Below, piece after piece: positions 19,261 through 28,969 of a stretch of DNA of 53,485 nt. This stretch comes from Eubacteriales bacterium (lineage in GTDB: Bacteria; Bacillota; Clostridia; Oscillospirales; SIG627), in the NCBI GenBank assembly GCA_045531285.1, contig JAZSDT010000176.1, forward strand, positions 1 through 53,485, written 5' to 3'. The first letter of the stretch is position 1. Each line of letters opens with the position of its first letter. The notes under the pieces were generated by a model. It searched no databases. It was not told where the DNA came from and saw nothing but the letters and a program-made list of their open reading frames with translations. The position numbers were made by a program, and so were the translations under genes.

Positions 19261-19845
19261 ATGACAGAAAAAGAAAAAATGGAGGCAGGCTATCTCTATC
19301 TTCCGTCCGGAGAGCTTGTAGAACACCGTTTTAAAATTCAGGATATGGTAGACGATTACAATAAATTCAAGCCGTCACAGGTAGAAGAAAGAGCCGAATT
19401 TCTAAAAGGAATTCTTGGTAAGGTCGGTAAGAACGTAAACATCCTTCCTCCCTTTAAATGCGATTACGGATATCACATTGAGGTGGGCGACAATTTCTTT
19501 GCAAACTATAATTTCATCGTTCTTGACGGAAACTACGTCAGAATCGGCGACAACGTGTGGATAGCTCCAAACGTAGGAATATATGCAGCAGGACACCCGC
19601 TTGATACAGAAGAGCGTATCGCAGGTCTGGAATATGCCTTTCCCGTAACCATCGGCGACAACGTATGGATAGGCGGAAGCACCACCATTATCGGAGGTGT
19701 AACGATCGGCAAAAACAGTGTCATTGGTGCCGGCAGTGTAGTTATAAGGGATATACCCGAGGGTGTGCTCGCCGCGGGAAATCCTTGCCGTGTAATACGC
19801 AAGCTCACCCCCGAGGACAAAAACAAATACGTTCACGCAGAATAA
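19261..19845 (+). CDS. maa: Maltose/galactoside O-acetyltransferase (hexapeptide repeat)
   Basis: PPFKCDYG, IGDNVWIG, GAGSVV and GNPCRVIR. Confidence 0.9.
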   Translation: MTEKEKMEAGYLYLPSGELVEHRFKIQDMVDDYNKFKPSQVEERAEFLKGILGKVGKNVNILPPFKCDYGYHIEVGDNFFANYNFIVLDGNYVRIGDNVWIAPNVGIYAAGHPLDTEERIAGLEYAFPVTIGDNVWIGGSTTIIGGVTIGKNSVIGAGSVVIRDIPEGVLAAGNPCRVIRKLTPEDKNKYVHAE

Positions 19846-19850
19846 ATCTA

Positions 19851-19880
19851 CAGTGCAGCCATTTCAAATGGCTGCACTTG
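19851..19880 (+). terminator. Hairpin after the acetyltransferase gene, probable terminator
   Basis: AGTGCAGCCATTT-C-AAATGGCTGCACT, with only a weak U-tail. Confidence 0.55.
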
Positions 19881-19987
19881 TGTAAAACTGTAAACAAAAG
19901 GTTTTTTTCCATGTACAAGAGGGGATTTTTCTATGTATCTCTTAAAGGACAAATGGTACAATAGTTCTGCAGACAGGAGGAATTTTT

Positions 19988-22900
19988 ATGTACCTATTAA
20001 AAGAAAACTTCAAGCTATACGATGATAATTTTATTCCGCACACACTCTTTAGCGAAAAGCATTCTGCCATACAAAATCTTCATGCTTCTGCCGATGAGCG
20101 TGGTTTTGTGCTTAAATCTATCGGTAACCGATGGATTCTAAAAACACCTCTATTAAAAACTTTTTCTTTAGACTTGACGTTCAGCTACACCTATTTAAGC
20201 CAGTTCAACCCCTGTACGTATGTTTTTTTTGGCTACGATGTCCGTAACCGTTGCGGTGACGGCATCCGTTTTGTATATAACTTGAATGGGGCTTTTGAAG
20301 TAACGCTTGTCAAGGTAGATCGAATGCAGATTACACAAATCGGCAAGAGCATAGAATTTCGTGACTTTCACATAAAGGAAAATGAAAATATAAATCTTTC
20401 TGTCAACGTTGACAAAAACATCCTGAAAGGAAACGTTCACGGGCGTGATTTTTCGTTTGATATTGTGCCTGTACAAGGTAATCTTGCATTTGAACGAAAG
20501 AATTTTGTAGGTGAATGGATAATCAAGGAAATTTCACTTTCCTCACAGGATGAACTCGACGTAAAAACAATTCTTCCCGAGAAGAAGGTAAAAATCCCTT
20601 TGATTGACGGTGGAGATATTCCTTATGAACTCACGTACAAAGCAGAAAAGCTTGGCTCTCAATGCTATCTGTTAGCGCAGCTAAGCGGCGGTACTGCAAC
20701 AAGAGCTTTAAACCGTCAGGACAGACCCGGACAATATATGGCAGAGCAAGACCGCATCGCCTCTCCTTTCGTTGCTATAAGAAACGGTACGAGCAAAAAA
20801 CGGTTCAAGCTTTATCACGGAACAAGAATAATCTGCGACCCCAACGTTTGTTGGGATTGCTTAAAGGATTTTTTTAAGAATCCAGACCTTCCAATCTGTG
20901 CAATCTTCCCCATAGAAGAAAGCGATATTAACAAAGACACTGCCATTTCCTTCGGATACGAAGAAATGCGTTGTATCGGTTATCTGGCACAATCGGGCGG
21001 ACCCAGTGAATTTATATTTGATAAAAACGGCTCAATTCTGTATGAAGGCGAAGAGCTTTCAGAAAGTGTTTTTGAGCTTTATTCACCCGCAAATAAATAT
21101 GCCACTACCTTAATCCCCGAAGACACCTATCGCCGCAAGGACGTACTCCGTCATCTGGCTGTCAATCATTATTTTCATATAGATGAACCCATCTCACTCA
21201 CAATGTCCCTGAGGAGCACTCTGCCTCTTGAAAATTTCAAGATAGAAGCAGAAATACGTGATGTGTATGACAGTGAGTGTCTGTCAAAGCTAACCCCCGA
21301 AACCACAGTGGAGGATTGGAAGTTTGGATACCGTCAGCTTTTAGTAAAGGTACAAAACTCTCCGCTCCGTCTTGGTGTATACCGCATTGTTTTCACGGTC
21401 TATTACGGAGACAGTGTATATAAAATCTATAACAAGGTGTTTGAGGTATTTGACAAGGACGCACACGTATCGCCTGCAAGAGCAAGTGGCTTACCATTTA
21501 CCTTCTCTATGCCAAATGAGCAAAAATGGCTTATGAGCAACACCTTCGATTTGTGGAACCCTAAGCCCTCATGCGACGAAATTCACTTTATATCCTGCGT
21601 CACAAATACACCCATAGAAGCCAAAAAGCAAAAAATATGGGAGCTTATGCCCATTTTCGGCAGAGAGTGGTATGCCTGGCTTAACAACAGAGTTTGCCTC
21701 GATTGGAGTCTTGAAAACAACGCGGAAACCGTTGAGCATTCGGATTATTTATATACCTATCTGGAAAACGGCTTCAATCCCCGTATAGCAACGTATCTGA
21801 TCCATGCCTATCAAAGACAGGCCTTCAGGGATATTCTTCACGACTTCCTTGAAAAAAATCCTAACGTTGCCAAAAAGTTAATATATAAGCCTCAAAGTGT
21901 GTCCGAACACCAATTTACCTATGAAGAGCTTGGGAATTTGCTTGAGACCTGCCACAAGGAATGGTTTGATTTCATCAACGGCAGACTTCTGGAAATGATA
22001 CGAAAGCAAAACAAAGACCTTAAAAAAATCAACCCTAAGTTTAAAAGAGCCTTTTACGGACCGTTCTTCCAATACGTTACAGGCACGGTTTCCTATCACA
22101 GCGCAAGAGCTTTTGGATACGATCCCGATGACAGCCTGGCAAAAGATATTTTTACCGGCTTTGCCGTTTTTGAGGACTACCCCTCTCCCTGTGCTTATCC
22201 AACCTATCGCGGTGCTTTTGCCGCTATGACTTTTTTGCTTCACTGTCCTGATTTGGTTATATACCCCGAGCAATACAGCGGAAGCGACGGAGGGTGTATT
22301 GACGGTGGTGTAAAATTTGCATATGCCCCTATGGGCAAATACGATACCCCGCTGTATTTTAACAGCACTCACGCTTTTGAATACGTGTTTAATACACCTC
22401 ACAGAACCAAGGACGGTTACCGTTATTGGTCATCCTACGGTTTTCACAGAAGAGACCACGAGCCCGAAATGGCGGACAGACTCACACGTGATTGGAAAAC
22501 TGTCATTGACAATAAGCCTTGCAGACCGTTGCGCACTATGGCAATGATAACGGAGTACTTTGACGAAGAAGACTTTTTCAGTGCCGAAAATCTCACACTT
22601 CACGGATATACTGTTTTTTCAAACGTAAGCGAAGAAGGCCACGGCTACGTCTTCGACTGCGTAAGGGAATCGGGACTCAACTCCCCGTTTGCAATAAAGA
22701 GTGAAACGCTTTCAAGCCTTAACGAAAACGAATGCGACGTACTTGTAATCCCCACTCTTAAATACGCAAGTAAAGAAACCGTCAGCGAAATCAGACGCTT
22801 ATATGAGTGCGGTGTATCGCTTATTGCTGTAAGCGACGTATGCGGTCTTGAGGATATATTCGGTGTTAGAGAAAACAATCGCAAAGAGCGTATCACCGAG

Positions 22901-23419
22901 CTTTGTACTGCCAAAGGAAACGAACTTATTTTTCCAAATGAAGCCGAGTTTAAATATGATGCTGACGGTGCACAGACTGTTATGGCATCAGAAAACGGAA
23001 CTCCCGTACTTCTTAGAAACAAGGGTACTCTGTTAATTAATGCCCCTGTTTCAAAATTAGGTTATGAGTGCTTTGAGGGGCGTGAAGGAAAAACCAAAAA
23101 CAACGTAAGTGAGCTTTTAAGACGGACCTTGAAGGAAGAGATGATAAAGCTTTCTTCTCCTCTTATACTGGGCGAAAACGTTGGAATCACCCTTTTTGAA
23201 AGCGAGAAAGGCAATACACAGCTTCTTGCAATCGACTATTCAGCCTATGACAATCGAAATATAACCGAGCGAGAAGCGGTTGTCAGAATTAATTTTCCAA
23301 TCAAAGAAGCTTTATCGGACCGAAGTTTTGTATCAGTACGTGACAAAAACGGAAATATAACAGAAATCAGATTTAAAATTCTTGCTCACGAAGCGGTAAT
23401 GTTTCGCTTAATCAAATAA
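19988..23419 (+). CDS. Large uncharacterised cytoplasmic protein (1143 aa), possibly a glycoside hydrolase
   Basis: Long ORF with an AGGAGG RBS and no signal peptide. The C-terminal DVLVIPTL...RRLYECGVSLIA resembles GATase-like trimerisation domains of GH42-type enzymes. Confidence 0.6.
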   Translation: MYLLKENFKLYDDNFIPHTLFSEKHSAIQNLHASADERGFVLKSIGNRWILKTPLLKTFSLDLTFSYTYLSQFNPCTYVFFGYDVRNRCGDGIRFVYNLNGAFEVTLVKVDRMQITQIGKSIEFRDFHIKENENINLSVNVDKNILKGNVHGRDFSFDIVPVQGNLAFERKNFVGEWIIKEISLSSQDELDVKTILPEKKVKIPLIDGGDIPYELTYKAEKLGSQCYLLAQLSGGTATRALNRQDRPGQYMAEQDRIASPFVAIRNGTSKKRFKLYHGTRIICDPNVCWDCLKDFFKNPDLPICAIFPIEESDINKDTAISFGYEEMRCIGYLAQSGGPSEFIFDKNGSILYEGEELSESVFELYSPANKYATTLIPEDTYRRKDVLRHLAVNHYFHIDEPISLTMSLRSTLPLENFKIEAEIRDVYDSECLSKLTPETTVEDWKFGYRQLLVKVQNSPLRLGVYRIVFTVYYGDSVYKIYNKVFEVFDKDAHVSPARASGLPFTFSMPNEQKWLMSNTFDLWNPKPSCDEIHFISCVTNTPIEAKKQKIWELMPIFGREWYAWLNNRVCLDWSLENNAETVEHSDYLYTYLENGFNPRIATYLIHAYQRQAFRDILHDFLEKNPNVAKKLIYKPQSVSEHQFTYEELGNLLETCHKEWFDFINGRLLEMIRKQNKDLKKINPKFKRAFYGPFFQYVTGTVSYHSARAFGYDPDDSLAKDIFTGFAVFEDYPSPCAYPTYRGAFAAMTFLLHCPDLVIYPEQYSGSDGGCIDGGVKFAYAPMGKYDTPLYFNSTHAFEYVFNTPHRTKDGYRYWSSYGFHRRDHEPEMADRLTRDWKTVIDNKPCRPLRTMAMITEYFDEEDFFSAENLTLHGYTVFSNVSEEGHGYVFDCVRESGLNSPFAIKSETLSSLNENECDVLVIPTLKYASKETVSEIRRLYECGVSLIAVSDVCGLEDIFGVRENNRKERITELCTAKGNELIFPNEAEFKYDADGAQTVMASENGTPVLLRNKGTLLINAPVSKLGYECFEGREGKTKNNVSELLRRTLKEEMIKLSSPLILGENVGITLFESEKGNTQLLAIDYSAYDNRNITEREAVVRINFPIKEALSDRSFVSVRDKNGNITEIRFKILAHEAVMFRLIK

Positions 23420-23420
23420 A

Positions 23421-23505
23421 CAGATGAGCCATCGCTGACAATTCCCGCCTGTCTTGATCTATGCATAGTAAAACGGCGAGGCAGTTTCCGAGAAATTTTC
23501 CTATA
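23421..23505 (+). repeat. Structured intergenic repeat, copy C (degenerate)
   Basis: GATG-AGC-CATC-GCTGACAATT-CCCGCC-TGTC-[16 nt]-AAAAC-GGCGAG-G...AATTTTCCTATA, starting 1 nt after the stop codon. Confidence 0.75.
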
Positions 23506-23540
23506 AAACAAAAAAGACCCATCGGGGTCTTTTTTTGTTT
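23506..23540. terminator. Bidirectional terminator between the large ORF and tRNA-Leu
   Basis: AAAAAAGACCC-ATCG-GGGTCTTTTTTT. Confidence 0.85.
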
Positions 23541-23623
23541 GGTGCGGGTAACAGGGGTCGAACCTGCATGTCTTGGACACCAGATCCTAAGTCTGGCGCG
23601 TCTGCCAATTCCGCCATACCCGC
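23540..23623 (-). tRNA. tRNA-Leu(TAG)
   Basis: Reverse complement GCGGGTATGGCGGAATTGGCAGACGCGCCAGACTTAGGATCTGGTGTCCAAGACATGCAGGTTCGACCCCTGTTACCCGCACCA gives a cloverleaf with TAG anticodon, long variable arm and encoded CCA. Confidence 0.97.
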
Positions 23624-23642
23624 GAATATGAAAGCAAGGAGA

Positions 23643-23671
23643 ATTATAACATATTTTTGTGAGAAAAGCAA
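23643..23671 (-). promoter_or_regulatory. Sigma-A promoter of tRNA-Leu
   Basis: Minus strand TTGCTT-17 nt-TATAAT with a TG extension. Confidence 0.75.
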
Positions 23672-23710
23672 TATATAAAGCAAATTTATACGAAAAATTC
23701 AAAAAAGGGG

Positions 23711-23739
23711 TTGCTTTTTTTAAAAAGGTGTGCTATAAT
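23711..23739 (+). promoter_or_regulatory. Sigma-A promoter of rplS
   Basis: TTGCTT-17 nt-TATAAT with a TG extension. Confidence 0.75.
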
Positions 23740-23763
23740 ACACCTCGCTAACTATGGATTTAT

Positions 23764-23801
23764 GGGAATGGTCCTCTACTGGACTCGGCATGAACATTCC
23801 T
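23764..23801 (+). ncRNA. L19 ribosomal protein leader (cis-regulatory RNA)
   Basis: GGAATG-GTCCTCT...TGAA-CATTCC hairpin in the rplS 5' UTR, matching the Firmicute L19 leader pattern as recalled. Confidence 0.7.
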
Positions 23802-23834
23802 TTACTTTCCAAATAATGGAAGGAGGAGCCTCAA

Positions 23835-24179
23835 ATGGATCTTATTAAGGCTTTCACAAACGAGCAGATCAAGGCAGAAGCACCTAAGTTCAACATTGGT
23901 GACACAGTTCGTGTTCACAACAGAATCAAGGAAGGTGCAAGAGAGAGAATTCAGTACTTTGACGGTACTGTAATCGCCAAGAAGAACGGCGGTATCTCCG
24001 AAACATTCACTGTAAGAAGAATTTCTAACGGTGTTGGTGTTGAAAAGACATTCCCTCTTCATTCGCCTAACGTTGTTGCGGTTGACGTTATCCGTGAAGG
24101 TAAGGTTCGCCGTGCAAAGCTTTATTATCTTCGTGACCGTGTAGGTAAAGCTGCTAAGGTTAAAGATAAGGTAAAGTAA
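23835..24179 (+). CDS. rplS: 50S ribosomal protein L19
   Basis: GDTVRVH...[20 protein letters not shown] and [12 protein letters not shown]. Confidence 0.98.
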   Translation: MDLIKAFTNEQIKAEAPKFNIGDTVRVHNRIKEGARERIQYFDGTVIAKKNGGISETFTVRRISNGVGVEKTFPLHSPNVVAVDVIREGKVRRAKLYYLRDRVGKAAKVKDKVK

Positions 24180-24187
24180 GCTCAATT

Positions 24188-24221
24188 CAAAAGTGCTTCG
24201 CAAATGCGAAGCACTTTTTTG
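24188..24221. terminator. Bidirectional terminator
   Basis: CAAAAGTGCTTCGCA-AA-TGCGAAGCACTTTTTTG. Confidence 0.88.
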
Positions 24222-24277
24222 TATTAAATCAACCTCGACGTTTTAATAGCCGAGCATTCCCGGCGGAGATTCTCCGC
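24221..24277 (-). repeat. Structured intergenic repeat, copy D (variable segment absent)
   Basis: Minus strand GCGGAGAATCTCCGC-CGGGAATG-CTCGGC-TATT-AAAAC-GTCGAG-GTTGATTTAATAC, starting 4 nt after the stop of capA paralog 2. Confidence 0.85.
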
Positions 24278-24281
24278 TTTA

Positions 24282-25370
24282 TTATTTTTCGTTTGTTTCG
24301 TTTGCTGTCTTATTCAACTCGCGCCATATATCTGTATGTGCCTCGCAATCGAGATAATGTCCAAAGCACTTTGTGTACATTTCCGAGTCCTCACAATCAG
24401 TATAAGCCTTGCGAATAACGTTTGTATAATTGACACTCACTGTTGAGGCAAAATCTCTCCAGCCCTGTATCCAGCTTCCGTCCTTCATTGCATCACAAAG
24501 CTTATTAAAGCGCTTAAGTATTTTTTCCTTTTCTTCGCCCTTGGCAAGAGAGATTCCCTTTTCACCCGTCACAACGGGAACAAATTCTATTTCGTTTGTC
24601 TTAGTATCATACTTAACTGCAAGGCATGAATTCCAGCCCTCGCTCATATTAGGCCATACGAAATGGAAATTGCCCTGACCGAAAAAGATGTGTGAATTGC
24701 CGTACTTTTCATAAGAGCAAATGCAATGGCTGTGCTGACCCAATATCATATCCGCGCCATTGTCCGCAAGTGCTCTGTAAAGCTTTACAAGTCTGGGAGA
24801 CGGATAGGGACAGTGCTCTTTACCTCCGTGATATATTACGATAACTCTGTCATATTTCGCCTTAGCTTCTCTTACGTCAGCTATAGTATCATAGCAGTCA
24901 AAGGGACGTGCTCCCATTCTGTCGTCAAGGGCATAAGTATATTCATGCTCGCAAACGGCAATGATACATACCTTTTCTCCGTCCTTTTCAACCACGTAGT
25001 TTTTGCGTGAATCCTCATAATTTTCACCAAAACCGGTGAAATCAATACCTGCACTGTTCAATGCTTTTTCGGTATCTTTGTAGCCCTCAATACCAAAGTC
25101 GAAAATATGGTTGTTACTTATACCACAAACAGTAACTCCAACGTTCTTCAATACCTCGGCAGTTTCAAAGGGTGCCTTAAGATTGGGACCGAATTTTTCA
25201 ATAGCATTGGTGCTTTCGGTAATTGCACACTCAAGGTTCACAAAATTAATATCGTTTCCTTCAAAAAGAGATACTGTATCCGAAAACAGTGTTTTGATAT
25301 CTTTGGCTTTGAAAAGTGCCTGTACTTCCTCTGCTTTGGGGCAAACATCCCCGACGAATAATGTTTTCAT
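24282..25370 (-). CDS. CapA/PgsA family metallophosphoesterase (paralog 2)
   Basis: FVGDV, VNLEC, ISNNHIFDFG, YHGGKE, GQHSH and GQGNF. Confidence 0.87.
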   Translation of the reverse strand: MKTLFVGDVCPKAEEVQALFKAKDIKTLFSDTVSLFEGNDINFVNLECAITESTNAIEKFGPNLKAPFETAEVLKNVGVTVCGISNNHIFDFGIEGYKDTEKALNSAGIDFTGFGENYEDSRKNYVVEKDGEKVCIIAVCEHEYTYALDDRMGARPFDCYDTIADVREAKAKYDRVIVIYHGGKEHCPYPSPRLVKLYRALADNGADMILGQHSHCICSYEKYGNSHIFFGQGNFHFVWPNMSEGWNSCLAVKYDTKTNEIEFVPVVTGEKGISLAKGEEKEKILKRFNKLCDAMKDGSWIQGWRDFASTVSVNYTNVIRKAYTDCEDSEMYTKCFGHYLDCEAHTDIWRELNKTANETNEK

Positions 25371-25472
25371 GATATTCTCCTTGACTTTTTTTAATTTGGT
25401 ACTATAATGATTATAGCAAGTATACCCTGTTATTTCAATGAACTATATTAATTTTACTTGCACTATTTTAAT

Positions 25473-26204
25473 ATGAAAATAAATAATCTCCATCATTTCT
25501 GTCACATCAGAGTAAAAAACTCGCTTAAAATAGACACACGTATTCTGCCCTACACAGATCTCACCTTCGTGCTGTGGGGCAGGCTTCGTTACACCGTCAA
25601 CCAAGTCTCGTATACACTGGAGGCGGGAGATGCCATTATAGCACCCCCCGGAACCGTTCAGTCCAGGGAAAGTCTTAACGAGCCGGTAGAATACGTAAGC
25701 TTCAACTTTGACTCGGATGAATTAAATTTTCCGATTTTTTCCAAAAACGTCATTACTCCAACAATAAAAAGTCTTGTTAACCTTTACCCTGCGGCACATA
25801 TGTTCGAGCGACAGGAAGCCACAGCAGAAAAATGTCTTTGTCTGCTCAACTACATACTGCTTGAGCTGAAGGACGGATACCAAGAAAAAGGACGTTTCTT
25901 TTCCAAGGTTGAAGAAATCGTCAGACGAAAAATCACGTCGCCTATCAGCCTGTCGGACGTAAGCCGTGAGTTGGGTGTTACAAAGGAATACCTTGCCACC
26001 GTCTTCAAAAAAGAGTGCGGCAAAACGGTGACCGAATATATAAACGAGCAAAAAATGAACCTTGCTCAAAATCTTATAAAAAACGAAGAAATGCCCCTTT
26101 GTTACGTTGCGGAATACCTGGGGTACAATAATTATAACTACTTTTGCAGAACATTCACGAAGACCTTTGGTGCATCTCCCACAAAAATCAAAAGCACTCA
26201 TTGA
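25473..26204 (+). CDS. AraC family regulator with cupin N-terminal domain
   Basis: C-terminal LGYNNYNYFCRTFTKTFGASP. The start is uncertain (TTG 25458 or ATG 25473). Confidence 0.85.
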   Translation: MKINNLHHFCHIRVKNSLKIDTRILPYTDLTFVLWGRLRYTVNQVSYTLEAGDAIIAPPGTVQSRESLNEPVEYVSFNFDSDELNFPIFSKNVITPTIKSLVNLYPAAHMFERQEATAEKCLCLLNYILLELKDGYQEKGRFFSKVEEIVRRKITSPISLSDVSRELGVTKEYLATVFKKECGKTVTEYINEQKMNLAQNLIKNEEMPLCYVAEYLGYNNYNYFCRTFTKTFGASPTKIKSTH

Positions 26205-26228
26205 CAGCCGCTTTTTTTGTAGTATAAT
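26201..26228 (+). promoter_or_regulatory. Sigma-A promoter of the MFS/ligase pair, overlapping the araC stop codon
   Basis: TTGACA-16 nt-TATAAT. Confidence 0.65.
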
Positions 26229-26254
26229 GTTGATACATCATTTAAGGAGCGTTT

Positions 26255-27520
26255 ATGGATAAAACATCAAAACCCTACGTTACCGGCCGACGTTTGTATA
26301 TAGTTCAAGCAGACGTGGAATACCTGATAGCGATTCTGGTTGGATCAACGTTTCTTGCCAGGCTTACGTCAAGTCTCGGCTTTTCCGACAGCCTTACCGG
26401 AATCATATCATCAATAATATCACTTGGATGCCTCTTTCAGCTGTTTTCGCTGCTGTTCAGAAGAAAAAGAGTCAAAGGCTTTGTCATCACTCTCAGCGTT
26501 ATAAATCAGCTGTTATTTTTGTTGCTTTACGTAATTCCCGTAATTCCGTTGAAAAGCAACTTAAAAACGGCTATATTTACAGTATCCATTATAACTGCAT
26601 ACCTATTTTATAACATTGCACATCCAAAGAAAACCAGTTGGCTGATGTCTCTTGTAGACGACGAAATCAGAGGAAGCTTTACGGCAAATAAGGAAATTAT
26701 TTCTCTTGCATCGGGAATTGTATTCTCGCTGGTGATGGGACGCGTTATTGACTCAATGGAGGCAAACGGAAACCTCAACAGTGCATTCATCCTAAGCGCC
26801 GGTGTTATACTCACACTGACGGTATTACACACAGTTATAATGGGTTCTTGCATTGAGCATAGTCAGCCGTATTCAAACAGAAAGGTAATGGCAAGTATCC
26901 TTTCTATGTTCAAAAACAAAAGCGTTGTATCTCTTGCCGTTCTTTTTGTACTATGGAACGTTGCTTCATACTCAACGGTTTCGTTTTACGGTACCTTTCA
27001 AATAAGAGAGCTTGGTTTCTCACAAACACTTGCAATGATACTTACCACAATCGGAAGTATATCACGTATGGCGGTATCTAAATTTTGGGGAAGACTTGCC
27101 GACCGCAAATCCTTTGCCGTTATGATAGAATACTGTTTGGTTTTTGCACTGGCTTGCTGGGTGTCGGTAGCCTTCGCTACACCGAAAACAGGGTTGATTT
27201 GCTTCATTCTCTACAACCTTCTCCACGGAATAGCCCTGGGCGGTATCAACAGTGCCCTTACAAATATGATATTCGACTACGTTACACCGGATAAGCGTGC
27301 CGACTCACTGGCATTTTGTCAAGCCTTGGCAGGAGTATCTGGCTTTCTTTCAACGCTTGCAGTCAGTGTACTGGTAGCCAACATACAAAAAAACGGAAAT
27401 ACTTTTTTGGGCATATCAATTTATGCGCAACAAGTAACTTCGTTAATTGCCGCCATCTTTACTCTGATGTGTATACTGTACGTTCATTTTGTAGTTAAGA
27501 AAAACAAGAAAATATTATGA
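26255..27520 (+). CDS. MFS transporter
   Basis: About 12 hydrophobic segments and the WGRLADRK loop motif. Confidence 0.85.
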   Translation: MDKTSKPYVTGRRLYIVQADVEYLIAILVGSTFLARLTSSLGFSDSLTGIISSIISLGCLFQLFSLLFRRKRVKGFVITLSVINQLLFLLLYVIPVIPLKSNLKTAIFTVSIITAYLFYNIAHPKKTSWLMSLVDDEIRGSFTANKEIISLASGIVFSLVMGRVIDSMEANGNLNSAFILSAGVILTLTVLHTVIMGSCIEHSQPYSNRKVMASILSMFKNKSVVSLAVLFVLWNVASYSTVSFYGTFQIRELGFSQTLAMILTTIGSISRMAVSKFWGRLADRKSFAVMIEYCLVFALACWVSVAFATPKTGLICFILYNLLHGIALGGINSALTNMIFDYVTPDKRADSLAFCQALAGVSGFLSTLAVSVLVANIQKNGNTFLGISIYAQQVTSLIAAIFTLMCILYVHFVVKKNKKIL

Positions 27521-28848
27521 CGAAGCAACAAAGATTAACACAGATATACGTGTATGTGATGTTTTCTCTGTTTCTGTTTTTTACCGGATTCAAGGGATAC
27601 ACTGCCATTTTCAGTGCCAAGTGTGTGGCTTTTACGACATTGAGTCTTATCTACGTACTGTTATCAATCATATTCAAAATAAAAATTAAAGAGTCGGGTT
27701 TTTGGGAAAAAGCCGCGGCAGTATACCTTGTAATAACGGCAATTTCTGCTTTATCGTCAAAATACTTTCCGAAAACTCTTGTGGGAGTATCACGGTATGA
27801 GGGTCTGCTGACAATCGGTATATACGTTCTTGTTTTTATTTGTGTTTCTCAAAACTGGAAAAAAGACAGCTTATTTGTCCCGTTTTTGTCGATTGCTATG
27901 ATACTGGAATCCCTGGTTGTAATACTTCAGCTTATGGGATACAACGCACTGTGGCTGTTTCCAAAAGGAGAAAACTACTACGTTGCCCTTGAAAAATACA
28001 ATGGTGCTTTTATTTCCACCATAGGAAATGCGGATATTGCATCAGCCTTCTTCTCGCTTACGTGCCCAATACTGTCGGTTTTGGTAATTGGCTATAAAAA
28101 ATACAGATATCTGACCCTGCCGGCTTCCGTAATGACGCTTTTTTGTACGCTGTTTATGTCGGTATCTGCCGGAATTGCGGCACTAATTGCAACCGCCTTC
28201 GTTTTGCCCACCGTCATATATAAAGACAAACGCAAGACTGTAATAACAATCCTTGCTTTGATTGCGGTAATAGCTGTATTCACAGTATATTTTCTTCCTT
28301 TGACCAACGGTGCTGTTTTTGAGCTTCAAGCACTTATGAGGGGCAATTTTGACAGTGATTTCGGTTCAGGCAGAATTCACATATGGAAGGAAGTAATAAA
28401 AAACACAAAGCCTTTACTTGGCTCGGGACCCGACACAATGCTGTTTGAAGGGATCGAGCCGTTTACAAAAACGGTTGGTGACAAAACTATTACAAGATAC
28501 ATAGACATTGCCCACAATGATTATCTTAACATTCTGTTTCACCAGGGAATATTTGCTTTAATTTCTTATGTCGCGATACTATCCGTGCTAATAAAATGGT
28601 TTAAAAACGGAAAGAGCAACATACTTGTAACTGCCCTGGGTGCAGGAATCTTTGCCTACTGTGTACAGACGTTCTTCAGCTTTTCGGCTTGCTCCGCCGC
28701 CGCATTTTTCTGGATCTTGCTGGGTGTTTTTAACAGTGAAAGTACTGAAATAACTAAAAAAGCGGCTAGCAGCCGCTGGCAATGCTCGCCTATTGCAACC
28801 AGTATATATTCCCAATCAAAGCCAAACGGCGAGGTTGATTTAATGTAA
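27517..28848 (+). CDS. O-antigen ligase/polymerase (WaaL/Wzy_C) family membrane protein
   Basis: STIGN, GSGRIHIW, PLLGSGPDT and AHNDYLNILFHQG. The last ~28 residues are read from repeat copy E. Confidence 0.82.
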   Translation: MTKQQRLTQIYVYVMFSLFLFFTGFKGYTAIFSAKCVAFTTLSLIYVLLSIIFKIKIKESGFWEKAAAVYLVITAISALSSKYFPKTLVGVSRYEGLLTIGIYVLVFICVSQNWKKDSLFVPFLSIAMILESLVVILQLMGYNALWLFPKGENYYVALEKYNGAFISTIGNADIASAFFSLTCPILSVLVIGYKKYRYLTLPASVMTLFCTLFMSVSAGIAALIATAFVLPTVIYKDKRKTVITILALIAVIAVFTVYFLPLTNGAVFELQALMRGNFDSDFGSGRIHIWKEVIKNTKPLLGSGPDTMLFEGIEPFTKTVGDKTITRYIDIAHNDYLNILFHQGIFALISYVAILSVLIKWFKNGKSNILVTALGAGIFAYCVQTFFSFSACSAAAFFWILLGVFNSESTEITKKAASSRWQCSPIATSIYSQSKPNGEVDLM

Positions 28849-28861
28849 TTTCCTAGTATAT
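28762..28861 (+). repeat. Structured intergenic repeat, copy E
   Basis: GCGGCTAGCAGCCGC-TGGCAATG-CTCGCC-TATT-[29 nt]-AAAC-GGCGAG-GTTGATTTAATGTAATTTCCTAGTATAT. Confidence 0.92.
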
Positions 28862-28903
28862 AAAAAATGATGTAAAAACCAAAGGTTTTTACATCATTTT
28901 TTA
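28861..28903. terminator. Bidirectional terminator (perfect 20-bp inverted repeat)
   Basis: TAAAAAATGATGTAAAAACC-AAA-GGTTTTTACATCATTTTTTA. Confidence 0.8.
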
Positions 28904-28969
28904 GTTTTGCTATGCTTGGTTTCTTACATAGGCTGTGATAGGCGAGATTTGCCTGCGGAGGCTCTCCGC
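28904..28969 (-). repeat. Structured intergenic repeat, copy F (right arm lost)
   Basis: Minus strand GCGGAGAGCCTCCGC-AGGCAAAT-CTCGCC-TATC-[28 nt]-AAAAC, then the terminator. Starts at the first base after the polA TAA. Confidence 0.88.

Noticed and set aside
23420-23623. tRNA-Leu as an integration site for an island carrying the 1143-aa gene
   Set aside because: No integrase and no duplicated tRNA 3' end were found in the window.
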